43,630 nt of DNA from Verrucomicrobiota bacterium (GTDB lineage Bacteria > Verrucomicrobiota > Verrucomicrobiia > Limisphaerales > UBA9464): positions 1 to 43,630 of the forward strand of contig JBDNHZ010000078.1 in assembly GCA_041688515.1 (NCBI GenBank), given 5' to 3'. The notes under the pieces are model-generated. The model was not told the origin of the DNA, made no database searches, and saw only the letters and a list, made by a program, of their open reading frames with translations. Below, piece by piece: positions 1 through 10,940 of the stretch. Positions within the stretch are counted from its first letter, which is position 1. The number at the start of each line of letters is the position of its first letter. Both the position numbers and the translations under genes were made by a program.

Positions 1-68
1 AGAGCGGCGCGGTTGCGGAGGAAGCGGCGCCAGGCGCGTCGCGTGGGGTTGGAGGCGGCTTCAGGCAT
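1..68 (-). CDS. oppC: Oligopeptide ABC transporter permease OppC, N-terminus only (runs off the window)
   Basis: Manual translation from ATG at 68 gives MPEAASNPTRRAWRRFLRNRAA, a typical OppC N-terminal motif. The start overlaps the end of oppB. Confidence 0.75.
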   Translation of the reverse strand, partial: MPEAASNPTRRAWRRFLRNRAA

Positions 69-975
69 GACGGACGCGAGGATCGAGCCAGCGATAGGCG
101 AGATCGGAGGCGAGGTTGAGCAGGAGCAGCAGGGTGGAATAGACGATGACCAGGCCGACCATCATGGGGTAGTCGCGGCTGAAAAAGCTGTTCACGAAGA
201 AGGCGCCGGTACCGGGAATCTGGAACACCCGTTCGATGACAAAAGAACCGGTGAGCAGGTCGGCGAGCATCGGGCCGCAATAGGAGACGACCGGGAGAAG
301 CGAAGGACGCAACGCATGCCGACGGAGCAGTTGGAACTCGCCGAGGCCCTTCGATCGGGCGGTCAGGATGAAGGGAGCGCGCAGGGTCTCCGAGAGACCT
401 TCGCGGAGGAGTCGGGAGACGCGGGCGGCGAAATAGAGGCCGAGCGCGAAGGTGGGAAGGATCGCCTGGGGGAGGGCTCCCCAGAGGGCGACGGGCAGCC
501 AGCCGAGCTTGAGGCTGAAGAACAGCACCAGGATCGGCGCGAGGACGAAGGTGGGGATGCAGACGCCGATCAGGACCAACAGGCTCCCGGCCCAGTCGGG
601 CCAGCGACCGCGGTACACGGCCCCGAGGAAACCGGTGGGGATGCCGATGCCCAGAGCGGTGCCGAAAGCCAGCCAACCGAGCATCAGCGACACCGGCAAC
701 GCCTGGGCGAGGACGTCGTTGACGGTGTGATGCCGGTATTTGAAGGACGGACCGAGGTCGCCCTGCACCAACCCCCCGAGAAAGCGGAGGTACTGGCGTC
801 CGAGGGATTCATCGAGGTGATAGCGGGCCTTGAGGGCGGCCTCGACCTCCTTCGAGGCGGGGGCGCGTTCGCGGTCGAACGGTCCGCCGGGGGCGGCGCG
901 CATCAGGAAGAAGGCGAGCGTGGCCACCACCCACACCAGCACCGGGATCAAAAGGAGGCGTCGGACCAGGTTCAT
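61..975 (-). CDS. oppB: Oligopeptide ABC transporter permease OppB
   Basis: MNLVRRLLLIP...APGGPFD...GDLGPSF, EAA-like loop TARSKGL...RHALRPSLLPVV, IERVFQIPG. ATG at 975 overlaps the oppA stop (ATGA), so it is preferred over the ORF-track start at 1209. Confidence 0.9.
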   Translation of the reverse strand: MNLVRRLLLIPVLVWVVATLAFFLMRAAPGGPFDRERAPASKEVEAALKARYHLDESLGRQYLRFLGGLVQGDLGPSFKYRHHTVNDVLAQALPVSLMLGWLAFGTALGIGIPTGFLGAVYRGRWPDWAGSLLVLIGVCIPTFVLAPILVLFFSLKLGWLPVALWGALPQAILPTFALGLYFAARVSRLLREGLSETLRAPFILTARSKGLGEFQLLRRHALRPSLLPVVSYCGPMLADLLTGSFVIERVFQIPGTGAFFVNSFFSRDYPMMVGLVIVYSTLLLLLNLASDLAYRWLDPRVRHA

Positions 976-2618
976 CGGCGGAGGCGGCCGATGGCCCAGA
1001 AGGGGTGTTCGTCGAGCAGGTTGCCGTGGACACCGGTGATCCGGTTGGTGTCGAGGGCGTAGAAGCCGACGTAGGAAAAGAGGGGGACGATGGGAGCGCC
1101 GACCTGGAGGAGTCGGGTCTCGGCCTCGGCCAGCAAGGCGAAGCGACGGGTGCGATCCAGGGTGGCGTTGGCTTCGTGGATCAGACGGTCGTAATCGGCA
1201 TCGCGCCATCCGGTGCGGTTGTTGCCGCCGTTGGAGAGGAACAGGTCGAGGAAGGTGTTGGGATCGTTGTAATCACCGATCCACGAGCTTCGCATCAGGT
1301 CGTAGTCGAGCTTGGACATGTTGTTCAGGTAGCTCTTCCATTCCAACGGTCGGAGTTCCATGCGGATGCCCAGGGCGTCGCGGAGGGTGGCCTGGATTTC
1401 CACGGCGATGTTCTCGTGAAGCTTGGTCTCGGCGTTGAAGGAGTATTCGAAGGGGGGAAACCCGGCACCGCCCGGATAGCCAGCCTCGGCCAGCAACCGT
1501 CGGGCGCGGGCAACATCCTCCTCCAGACCGGACGGCGGGGTGTATCCGCCGGTGCCGGCGGGCACCAGATGGGATGTTGGACGTTCGCCCATGCGGGTGA
1601 TCCGTTGGACGATGCGCTGGCGTTGCACGACCAAGGCGAGAGCCTGCCGGACCCGCACGTCGTCGAAGGGTTTCCGGGTGCAATTGAAGCGGAGGAAGTA
1701 GGTGCCGAGATAGTCGTAGCGGTGGAAATCCGGACGTTCCCGCAGGGCCTCGCCCAGTTCGGTGGGGAACATGTCCTTGTCGATGATGAAATCGACGTCG
1801 CCGGCAAGGTACAGGTTGAGGGCGGTGTGGGCGGAATCGCCGGCCAGGACATCGACCACCTCCGAGCGGACGTTGGGGGCGTCCCAGTAGTGGGGATTCC
1901 GACGCAGGCGGATGCGGTCATTGACCCGCCAGGAGACGAGGGTGTAGGGGCCGCTGCAGGGGAGGTTGGGTGAACGGATCCATTGGTCGCCGTACTTCTC
2001 GACCGTCGCCCGTGGGATCACGGCGAAGACGCGGGAGGCGAGCAATTCGAGGAAGAACGGCGTGGGATGTTGGAGCCGGACTTCGACGGTGAGCGAGTCG
2101 AGGGCGCGGACGCCGAGTTGGGTCAGGTCCTTCTGTTCGCCGTTGCAGATGGCTTCTCCCTGGACCAGGTAAAAGTACTGGCTGGCGTAGTCGGCGGCGG
2201 TGCGTGGATCGACGGCCCGTTGCCAGGACCAGACTACGTCGTGGGCGGTGATGGGCTGTCCGGTGGACCAGGAGGCATTGGTCCGGAGGGTAAAGGTGTA
2301 GGTGGTGCCATCCGGGCTCAACGACCAGCGCTGGGCCAGTCCGGGGATGGCATTGCCGGTGATGGGATCGTATCGGGTCAGGCCCTCGAACAGGGCGGAG
2401 CCGATGCGTCCGTCGGCCTGACCGGTGAGCAGGTGGGGATCAATGGTCTCGGGTTCGCGCCCGTTGTGGAGGACCAGATCGGCGGGGGGGAGAGGACGGC
2501 AACCGATCCCGGCCAGCGAGAGGATCAGGAAGGCGATCGACGCGAGCCACCGGCCAAAAAGCAAAAACGCCCCGGGCATGGTGACCGGGGCGTTCTGGAA
2601 TGGCGCCGAGGGGCGCAT
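972..2618 (-). CDS. oppA: Oligopeptide ABC transporter substrate-binding lipoprotein (family 5)
   Basis: Lipobox-like LAGIGC; EPETIDP, LFEGL, YTFTLR..A.WS.G.PITAHD, WIGDYNDP. The start may be 2580. Confidence 0.9.
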   Translation of the reverse strand: MRPSAPFQNAPVTMPGAFLLFGRWLASIAFLILSLAGIGCRPLPPADLVLHNGREPETIDPHLLTGQADGRIGSALFEGLTRYDPITGNAIPGLAQRWSLSPDGTTYTFTLRTNASWSTGQPITAHDVVWSWQRAVDPRTAADYASQYFYLVQGEAICNGEQKDLTQLGVRALDSLTVEVRLQHPTPFFLELLASRVFAVIPRATVEKYGDQWIRSPNLPCSGPYTLVSWRVNDRIRLRRNPHYWDAPNVRSEVVDVLAGDSAHTALNLYLAGDVDFIIDKDMFPTELGEALRERPDFHRYDYLGTYFLRFNCTRKPFDDVRVRQALALVVQRQRIVQRITRMGERPTSHLVPAGTGGYTPPSGLEEDVARARRLLAEAGYPGGAGFPPFEYSFNAETKLHENIAVEIQATLRDALGIRMELRPLEWKSYLNNMSKLDYDLMRSSWIGDYNDPNTFLDLFLSNGGNNRTGWRDADYDRLIHEANATLDRTRRFALLAEAETRLLQVGAPIVPLFSYVGFYALDTNRITGVHGNLLDEHPFWAIGRLRR

Positions 2619-2628
2619 GCTCGGGGAA

Positions 2629-3075
2629 TCAGGGCGTGGGAGCCGAGGGAACCGCGGGGGTCGGAGCTGCCGACGTCGGAGCGGCGGGCACCGCGCCGCT
2701 GTTGGCGGCCGACGTGGACGGCACCGGGGCGGGGGGAACGGGAGTGACGCCGAGCGGATTGGCCGCCGGAATCGGGGTGGTGGCGGCCGCGGGGGTGTTG
2801 ATGACCTCTCGGATCCTGTTGGTTCGGGCGGTGGTATGACGGCTCGTCATGACGGCGATCACCAAACAGAGGCTGAGGAACAGGGTGGCGACCCAGCGGG
2901 TGAGTTGGGTGAGGGCGGTGCCGGAGCCAGCGCCGAAGATGGCGGCGGTGGATTCAGCACCGAAGGCGGCGGTGATCCCGGCTTCCTTTTTGGGAAGCTG
3001 CAGCAGGATCAGCAGCCCCAGGAACAGGGCGAGGACCACGAGCAGCAGGGTGAGCAGGTTGATGGCGAGTTGCAT
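2629..3075 (-). CDS. secG: Preprotein translocase subunit SecG with Pro/Ala-rich tail
   Basis: Two hydrophobic segments, ILLQ...GITAAFG...IFG...LTQLT. Canonical position downstream of tpiA. Start set at MQLAIN. Confidence 0.85.
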   Translation of the reverse strand: MQLAINLLTLLLVVLALFLGLLILLQLPKKEAGITAAFGAESTAAIFGAGSGTALTQLTRWVATLFLSLCLVIAVMTSRHTTARTNRIREVINTPAAATTPIPAANPLGVTPVPPAPVPSTSAANSGAVPAAPTSAAPTPAVPSAPTP

Positions 3076-3112
3076 GAGCGGAAAGCAATGGGGACGGCGG
3101 GGCCGGACCGGA

Positions 3113-3877
<765 letters not shown>

Positions 3878-3962
3878 GAGAAACAGGGTGGGGAGCGTAG
3901 CGATGCGAGGGGGGGCGTAAAGGGGTTTCTTCCGGGGCACCTCCGTGGCGAACCGGAAATCA

Positions 3963-3999
3963 GGCGGTCGGATGGAGCCTTGGGTTCCACCCGACCGCC
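3963..3999 (-). terminator. 17-bp imperfect hairpin between pgk and tpiA (weak terminator or mRNA-stabilising stem)
   Basis: On the minus strand GGCGGTCGGGTGGAACC-CAA-GGCTCCATCCGACCGCC is followed by only TGATTT, a weak U-tract. Confidence 0.45.
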
Positions 4000-4012
4000 C
4001 GAAGGGAAAGGG

Positions 4013-5266
4013 TCAGATGTCGTCGAGGGCGATCACGCCGGGGAGGGGAATGCCTTCGAGGAACTCGAGGCTGGCACCGCCGCCGGTGCTGGCGAAGGTC
4101 ACCTGATCTCCGAGCCCGGCCTTGTTGACGGCCTTGACGGAATCGCCGCCGCCGATGATCGATTTGGCACCGTTGATCCGAGTGGCGGCGACGAGGGCCT
4201 GGGCGACGGCGTTGGTGCCCTCGGCGAAGCGCTTGTCCTCGAACATGCCCATGGGTCCGTTCCACAGGATCGTCTTGGCCCCGGCGATGACGGCGGCGTA
4301 GGTGGCGGCAGTTTCGGGGCCGATGTCGAAACCCTCGGTTTCATCGGGGATATCGCCCGAAACGACGCGGGGATTGATCGGTTCGAGCACCGGTCGGCCC
4401 TTCTTGTTGAGTTTGCCGGTGTCCTTGAGGTCGGCCACGACCGTGTCGGTGGGGAGCAGGAACTTCACGCCGCGCTGGGCGGCCTTGGCCTCGGCGGCGA
4501 GGGCGGTTCCGGTGTGATCCTTTTCGATGAGCGATTTCCCGGTCTTGCCGCCGTGGGCGAGCTTGAAGGTGTAGGCCATGGCACCGCCGATCAGGATGGT
4601 GTCGGCCTTTTCCACCAGGCGATCGATCACCTTGATCTTATCGGAGACCTTGGCACCGCCGAGGATTACGACGAAGGGGCGGGCGGGTTGGTCGAGTTCG
4701 TCGCCCAGGAACTTGAGTTCCCGCTCCATCAGCAGGCCGGCAGCGCATTTGCCACCCCAGGCGCGGATGATGCGGGCGACGCCGCTGGTGGAGGCGTGGG
4801 CGCGGTGCGCGGCCCCGAAGGCGTCGTTGACGTAAAGATCGGCCAGGCGCGCGAGTCGGGCAGCGAACACCGGGTCGTTGGCCTCTTCCTCGGCATGGAA
4901 CCGGACGTTTTCCAGGAGCAGGATCTGTCCGTCGGTCAGGGCCTTGGCAGCGGCCTCAGCCTTCTCACCGACCGTCTCGTCCACAAAAGTGACCGGTTTT
5001 CCCAGCATTTCCGCAAGCTTCTCGGCAACCGGAAGGAGGCTCAGGGAGGCTTCACGCTTGCCGTCCGGGCGGCCGAGGTGCGCGGCGAGGATCAGGCGGG
5101 CTCCCTTTGAGGTGAGCAACGCGAGCGTCGGGAGGGTCTCCTTGATGCGGGTGGTGTCATTGATGACCATCACGCCGTTCTTCTCCTCCATCGGCACGTT
5201 GTAATCGACGCGCATGAAAACGCGTTTGCCGGCGACATCAAGGTCGCGCACGGAAAGCTTCGCCAT
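4013..5266 (-). CDS. pgk: Phosphoglycerate kinase
   Basis: RVDYNVP, HLGRP, LLENVRF, NDAFGAAHRAHAS, GGAKVSDK, WNGPMG, STGGGASLE. Start set at MAKLSV. Confidence 0.98.
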   Translation of the reverse strand: MAKLSVRDLDVAGKRVFMRVDYNVPMEEKNGVMVINDTTRIKETLPTLALLTSKGARLILAAHLGRPDGKREASLSLLPVAEKLAEMLGKPVTFVDETVGEKAEAAAKALTDGQILLLENVRFHAEEEANDPVFAARLARLADLYVNDAFGAAHRAHASTSGVARIIRAWGGKCAAGLLMERELKFLGDELDQPARPFVVILGGAKVSDKIKVIDRLVEKADTILIGGAMAYTFKLAHGGKTGKSLIEKDHTGTALAAEAKAAQRGVKFLLPTDTVVADLKDTGKLNKKGRPVLEPINPRVVSGDIPDETEGFDIGPETAATYAAVIAGAKTILWNGPMGMFEDKRFAEGTNAVAQALVAATRINGAKSIIGGGDSVKAVNKAGLGDQVTFASTGGGASLEFLEGIPLPGVIALDDI

Positions 5267-5415
5267 AAATCGTGAGTCTCGGATCGCTGTTGTTCCGGTC
5301 TCCTTCTGGAAACCGAGGGGCGACCTTATCCGGGCGCGGGATCGGGAGCAAGGATGGGGGAGGCCTGACCCTAAAAGCGGGGGGCGATCCACGGAGGACG
5401 CAGAAGCCCCTGCGG

Positions 5416-5949
5416 CTATCCCATGAATCCGAGGTTCCAGTTTCCGAAGTTCTGGAGGTTGGGGAAGACGGTGGGCAGGTCCGCGGTTGGCACGCCCAGC
5501 CAGGCGGCCAAGGTCGCCCCGTATTGATCGACGGAGATGGTCGGGATGTGGGCACCGCGGGATCCGGAGTCATCGTCCCCTCCCAGGATCAGGGAGGGAA
5601 AGGTGCCGTGCATCCGACCGCCCTGGACGGCACCGCCGAGGAGAAGATGATGACCGCCCCAGCCGTGATCGGTGCCGCCGCCGTTGGGTTGGAGGGTCCG
5701 GCCGAAGTCCGACATCGTGAAGGTGGTGACCTTGTCGGCGAGCCCGAGTTCCTGGGTGGCGGCGTAGAAGGCGGCCATGGCGTCGCCGACCTGTTTGAGC
5801 AGCGACCAGTGTTGCCAGGACTGGGCACCGTGGGTGTCGAAACCGCCGAGCGAACAGAAGAAGACTTGTCGGCTCATGCCCACGGTGGTGCGGAGCTTGA
5901 TGATCCTGGCCACCTGGTGGAGTTGATTGCCGAGACTGGTCCCAGGCAT
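5416..5949 (-). pseudogene. DUF1501 family protein, C-terminal remnant
   Basis: SLGGFDTH, MSDFGRTL.PNG.GTDHGWG, SVDQYGATLA.WLG. The N-terminal half, including the usual Tat signal region, is missing, and the remnant abuts the truncated DUF1800 gene out of frame. Confidence 0.8.
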
Positions 5950-8219
5950 TGTTGTCCGGGGTTGAACTGGCCGTTGAGGGCCCGCACCAGTCCGGTGAGG
6001 TGCACGATCGGATCCTTGAGCCGGCTCTGGGTGCTGGACGTCACGTCCTGACGGGCTTCGGGGTCGAGCAGGATGGCCCGCAGGACGGCGGCGAGATCGC
6101 CGCGCACGTCGTTGCCGTTGTTTTCAAACTTCTGGGCAACGCGTTGGACGTAGGCACCGCTGGGATTGCTGGTCACCAGGCTGCGGATGAGCCGGGTGGC
6201 GATGAACGGCGCCAGGTTGGGGTGCTGCATCAGGCAATCAAGGAGACCTTCGAGATCCTGCTCCACCGTCTGCCCGGCCGGCAGGGTGCAGTTGAGGAAG
6301 GTCTTCGAATTGGTCTCGTGGTTGGCCTGCCGCGATTCCATGGGCGCGCCGAAGGATTCCCAATTGTTGTTCTGCGGCGTGTTGCCCGGTGCAGTGGCGT
6401 AGGTCCAGCCGGTCAACGCCAGGGCTACCTGGGCGACGGTGGCTTGATCGTAGGTGGGGATCGGAGCGCCTCCGATATCGAGCTTCAACGTGCCGTCCGG
6501 CTTCAATTCCCACAGGCCGATGGGGAACAACTGGAGCAGTTCGCGCGGGTAGTTTTCGTTGGCACCGCGTCCGGCCCCCGGCTTGTTGGAGTTCGCCAGG
6601 TCGAGATACTTGCCCATCGACGGGGACTTGGTGAGGTCCCGAAGCAGGTTCCGGTAGTTCCCGAAGGCGTGTTGCTGAAGCAGATTCAACCACGGGACGA
6701 TCTCGTATGGGTTCACCAGCTTGCTTCCCGACGTCACCACGATCTGGCTCAGGGTGTAGGCCATCCGCTGCCGCAATTGGTCGGGAGCGGCCGAGTAGTG
6801 GTGAAGCTGCCACTGCCGCAATGCGCCCATCGACGCCTGGGCCGCCGCAGGGATCGCGGTCACCGGCATCGCCAACTGCTGGTCGAGGTAGGCCGGGATT
6901 CCGAGTGTCGTCACCTCGCCGAGGGACGAAGGCTTGGGACCGAAGGAGCTCTGTTCCAGGAATCGCGCGCCGTCCAACCAGGCCACCGGCGTCGGGGGTG
7001 CCGCGATGGGGACGACCGTTTGTCCGAATGCGGCGGCGTTCACGACCGAGGTGGCGCGGACGGTGACCGTGGTTGGGGAAGGGACGGATCCGGGCGCGGT
7101 GTAGAAGCCGCCCGTCGTGATGAAGCCGGTCGTGGTGGAACCTCCCGCGACGCCGTTCACGGACCAGGTCACCGCCGGATTCGATGTGCCGGTGACGGTG
7201 GCCACGAAGGTCCGGGTCGTTCCGGTCACCAGGGTGGCGGTGGTGGGTGCGATGGCGACGATCACCGACGGGGCCGGATTGGTGACCGTCACGGTGGACT
7301 GCGCGAAGGAGGTGCCATTGGCCACCGAGGTGGCGCGGACGGTCACCGTCTGGGGGGAGGGCGCGGTATAAACGCCCCCGGGACTGATGAATCCAGTGGA
7401 AGCAGAACCGCCGGTCGTTCCATTGAACGCCCAGGTGACGGCCGTGTTGGCGCTGCCCGTGACCGTGGCGGCGAGGGTCAGGATGCCTCCGGCGGGGAGA
7501 CTGGTCGCAGTGGGATTCACTGCCACGGTCACCGCGGCGGCGGCGGTGACGGTCACATTCACGGCGTTGCCGGTGACAGCACCCGGTCCGGGGAGGGACA
7601 CGGCGAAGTTGAGGATTCCTGCGGCGGCGGTGCCTTTGCCGACGAGGCGGGTGGAGGACGAATAGGTGGTTTGGATGGGGGAGCCGTTGGCGAGGAGGAC
7701 GGCGTCGGGAGTGAGGTTCGCGCCGGAGAACGAGATCTGGTAGTCGCCGGCCGGGATCGACGAGGGCGAACTGCCCCAGAGCCACGGATACTTCCGGGTG
7801 AGGGTCATGGGGGTTGAGGCAAAAACCGAAGGGTAGGCGGTGCTGCGCGCCGTGACCGTCACCGTGCTGGGGGTGGGCGCCATCGTGGGGGCCTTGTAGC
7901 TCCCGGTGGTGGAGATGGTGCCCAGGGTTGCGTTGCCGCCCACGATGCCATTGATCTCCCAGACGACGGTGTTCGGTGAGATGGGCACATAGGCGCCGTA
8001 CTGTCGCGTGGAGCCGATCTCCAGGGACGCGTTGGCGGGCCAGATGTCCATCGGACCAGCGACTTGGGCGCAGACCAAGCCCGCCGCCAGCAACCCTTAG
8101 GCGATCAGGAACTGGAGGTAGGCGAGGGGATTTACGCGGCTCGGATGGAACCGATGGGCTGGGGCCGGCGGCCGGGATCGACCTGGAGATGCAGTGGGAG
8201 AGGGAGGCATGAGAGGCAT
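5950..8219 (-). pseudogene. Ig-like repeat + DUF1800 surface protein, disrupted
   Basis: Ig-like repeats followed by DUF1800 motifs (RFLEQSSFGP, DQLRQRMAY.LSQI.V.S, MGKYLD, NENYPRELLQLF.IGL, RLIRSLVTSNPS). An in-frame TAA at 8097-8099 interrupts the signal-peptide region (YLQFLIA*GLLAAGLVCAQ). The C-terminus is lost at about 5950. Confidence 0.8.
7010..7530 (-). repeat. Tandem intragenic Ig-like (Big_2-like) domain repeats
   Basis: Repeated unit V.V.P.....ATVTG..N.AVTW..NG..GGS..TGFI..GG.YTAP...TVTVRATSV.N. The nucleotide string ACCGAGGTGGCGCGGACGGT occurs near 7046 and 7324. A more diverged copy lies at about 7800-8050. Confidence 0.75.
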
Positions 8220-8538
8220 GGGGGTTAGAATGTGGAGGGCTGCGTCCGTGACGAAGAGGGTCGCCGCGGCGCAGGGGTTGACGTCCCGTTGATACGCCCA
8301 TCCGCAGACCTGCGGCTATGGGTCGTTGAAGGCGGTGGATACGACTTTGGGAGAAGGGGATCGCCCCCTCGATGAGAAGAGCCACTCGAATCGGACGGGG
8401 ACTGGCTCTGGCCTGAGGATCCGCAGTTGCAGTCAACGGGGTCGAAGCCTGGCCTTGTGAAGTGACAAGGCTGTTTGCTTTCCACCGCGACGCTGGAGCA
8501 TGGGATTCTGTGGAATCCTCCCGTCACGAGGTCAGGCC

Positions 8539-8968
8539 ATGAGCGACGAGGGAACCATTCATCGGGTCCAACCCGGTGACTGCATCGCCAGCATCGCCAT
8601 GGGTTCCGGGCATTTCCCGGATACGATCTGGAACCACTCGGAGAACGAGGCGCTGAAGGAATCCCGGGGTGATCCCAACGTGCTGTTCAGCGGCGACGAG
8701 GTGTTCGTTCCGGCCCTTCGCCCAAAGGAGGAGTCGCGCGCCTCCGACCAGAAGCATCGGTTCAAGCGCAAGGGCGTTCCCGCGAAGCTCAATTTCCAGC
8801 TGGTTTTCAACGGCAAATCGCGCGCGAACATTCCCTGCCATCTGGTCATCGACGGAGTGGGCCGGGACGGTCAGACCGATGGGGACGGTTGGGTCTGAGA
8901 GTCGATTGTCCCGGGAGAGCGTGGGCATCCTCAACGGCATCACGCTGACGGGCGGAGGTGGCGAATGA
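8539..8968 (+). pseudogene. LysM-like N-terminal domain protein (secretion-system-associated type), truncated
   Basis: HRVQPGDCIASIA...IWNH.EN..LK..R.DPNVLF.GD.VFVP. TGA at 8896-8898 falls mid-domain (DGWV*ESIVP). A second frame ends at 8968 in an ATGA overlap with the next gene. Confidence 0.6.
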
Positions 8969-9835
8969 ACCCGACAACCCCTTCGCTCACGGTCTGTCGT
9001 GAAGGTCCAAACCTGGTCACCGGCCGACGCGTTGCCCTCATCTTTGTGCCGGGAGTCATGGGATCGCGCGTCGATCTGACGGACGATGATGACGCTTGGG
9101 ATCCGGATTCGCCGGCGACCAACCTGCTCGGTTGGTCGTGGGCCAGCAGCGATGACAAGCGGCACCTGCTCGATTCAGCCCGGCGCGGGGTCATCATAGG
9201 CGATCCGGCGGATGACTTTGACTCGGATCACGAGGCCCGGGTCGCCCGCGGATGGGGTGGGGTGCGGTGGGCTTCCTATGGTGAATTTCTGGATGCGGCC
9301 GACGGGTGGAATTTTGGCGCGAACCAGACCCCGTTGTATGTGTACGGATACGATTGGCGCCAGCCGATCGCCGAGATTGGGCTTCAGATGGTGGCGGATA
9401 TTCTGGGCACTTCGCAAACTGAGGGCGGGCGCAATGCCGTCTTTAACCAGGATCGCCATGGGGCAACCGGGTTGTTCGGGCACGCCAACACGGACCTGTG
9501 CATCCTGATCACCCACAGCATGGGTGGCTTGGTGGTGCGCATGGCCCTCAAGCAATGTGCCGCGCTCCGGGAGAAGACGATCGCGGTCCTCCACGAGGTA
9601 CAACCCGCCACCGGTGGGGCATGGATTGCACGGGGACGAGACCGTGCCCCGGCTCAGTGGGGCCGCGCTGTTTCCCCCGTCGCAGACCACCACCCTGGCG
9701 GCTTCTGGGACGGTGGATTTCTCGACGTTTCATCAGGTCAATGCGCCTGGGGTGCAGCATGAGCCCGCATTCCGTGACGCGGGAATCCAGCGGTTGATCC
9801 GCGCCTGGATCCAGTACGCGATCACCGCGCTCTGA
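8965..9835 (+). pseudogene. Alpha/beta-hydrolase (PGAP1/LCAT-like lipase, Tle-effector-like) with out-of-frame internal deletion
   Basis: IFVPGVMGS, YGYDWRQ, nucleophile elbow THSMGG (9511-9528), QPATG. The C-terminal GDETVP..SG and HEPAF motifs lie in another frame (9632-9835). Confidence 0.75.
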
Positions 9836-9850
9836 CCCGGAGCCTCCGGC

Positions 9851-10660
9851 TCACGGCGGCCAGGGTGCGTCGGTCTTGATCGGGGCGGAGGTGCGGAGCT
9901 GGATCCAAGGCACGTCCCGCGGGCCTTTGGGGCTGGCCGCAATCTTTCGGGAGCGCGTGTCGGGATCGAGCCACTTGCGGATCTCGGCATGTCCGTCGGC
10001 GAACGAAAAGCCGCAGGCGCCGTTGTGGTAGTTGGCGGGCAGGTTTCCCCACAGTTGCCGGCGGTTGACGAAGACGAGGAAATACCCGTCGTCGATGCCA
10101 TCCGGATGTTCATCGAGGAAGACGAAGGCTTCCGAGGGCGAAGGACGGGTGAGCTCGGAGGTCTTTCGATAGGTGAAATGGGTGTTCTTGATCTCGTCGG
10201 TGTACCAGCTGCTGCCATTCATGTTTCCGTTCATGGCGATGCTGCGGACGCGGGGAAGAGACTTGTTGCCGAGCTTGGCCGTGCTGAGATCAGACGGGCA
10301 TTTGTAGATGGCGGCCGACTTGTTGTAGTTCCACAGCATCCCCTTGGGCGACTTGAGGAGGTTGACGTTGGTGGCCTCGACGGGTGTCTGGAGCCAGCCT
10401 TCCACCCAGCCGATCTGTCCACCGGTGCCGTTGGGCACGAGCCGGTCGTTGTTGTCGTCGGCGTACATGGACCAGGCGAGGTTGAGTTGCTTTAGGTTGT
10501 TCAGGCAGGCGATGCCCTGGGCCTTGGTCTTGGACTTGGCGAGAGCGGGCAGGAGCATGCCCGCCAGGATGGCGATGATCGCGATCACCACCAGGAGTTC
10601 AATCAGGGTGAACGCGGCGGACGGACGCCGGGAGGCGCGGGGAAAGGCGACGGAGTTCAT
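9851..10660 (-). CDS. Prepilin-type N-terminal cleavage/methylation domain protein with H-X9-DG motif
   Basis: [50 protein letters not shown]. This is a large paralogous family in PVC bacteria. Confidence 0.9.
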   Translation of the reverse strand: MNSVAFPRASRRPSAAFTLIELLVVIAIIAILAGMLLPALAKSKTKAQGIACLNNLKQLNLAWSMYADDNNDRLVPNGTGGQIGWVEGWLQTPVEATNVNLLKSPKGMLWNYNKSAAIYKCPSDLSTAKLGNKSLPRVRSIAMNGNMNGSSWYTDEIKNTHFTYRKTSELTRPSPSEAFVFLDEHPDGIDDGYFLVFVNRRQLWGNLPANYHNGACGFSFADGHAEIRKWLDPDTRSRKIAASPKGPRDVPWIQLRTSAPIKTDAPWPP

Positions 10661-10940
10661 GGCGGGATGGCAGGGGCGCTGGTGGAGTGGAATCTGATCA
10701 GGGCGCTGGCTTGTTTGTAGGCCAGCCAGACGATGGCGTCATCGGCAAAAGCCTGGTTCGGGCGCACCCGGATGCTGCCCCCCGATCGGTCGGGCTCGGG
10801 TCAGGGGACTGGAGTCCGCTCGAATGGAACTCAGTGACTCCTGACGTCTTCTACGTCGGCGACGAGGTCACGAGGCTCATTCTAGCCGTGTGGTTCCTCG
10901 CGTTGACTTGGCGGGATGTGGTTGCCAGCTTGTCGCCGAG

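Noticed and set aside
6238-8436. 732-aa Arg/His/Pro-rich minus-strand ORF
   Set aside because: It is an alternative frame of the Ig-DUF1800 gene with off-frame composition.
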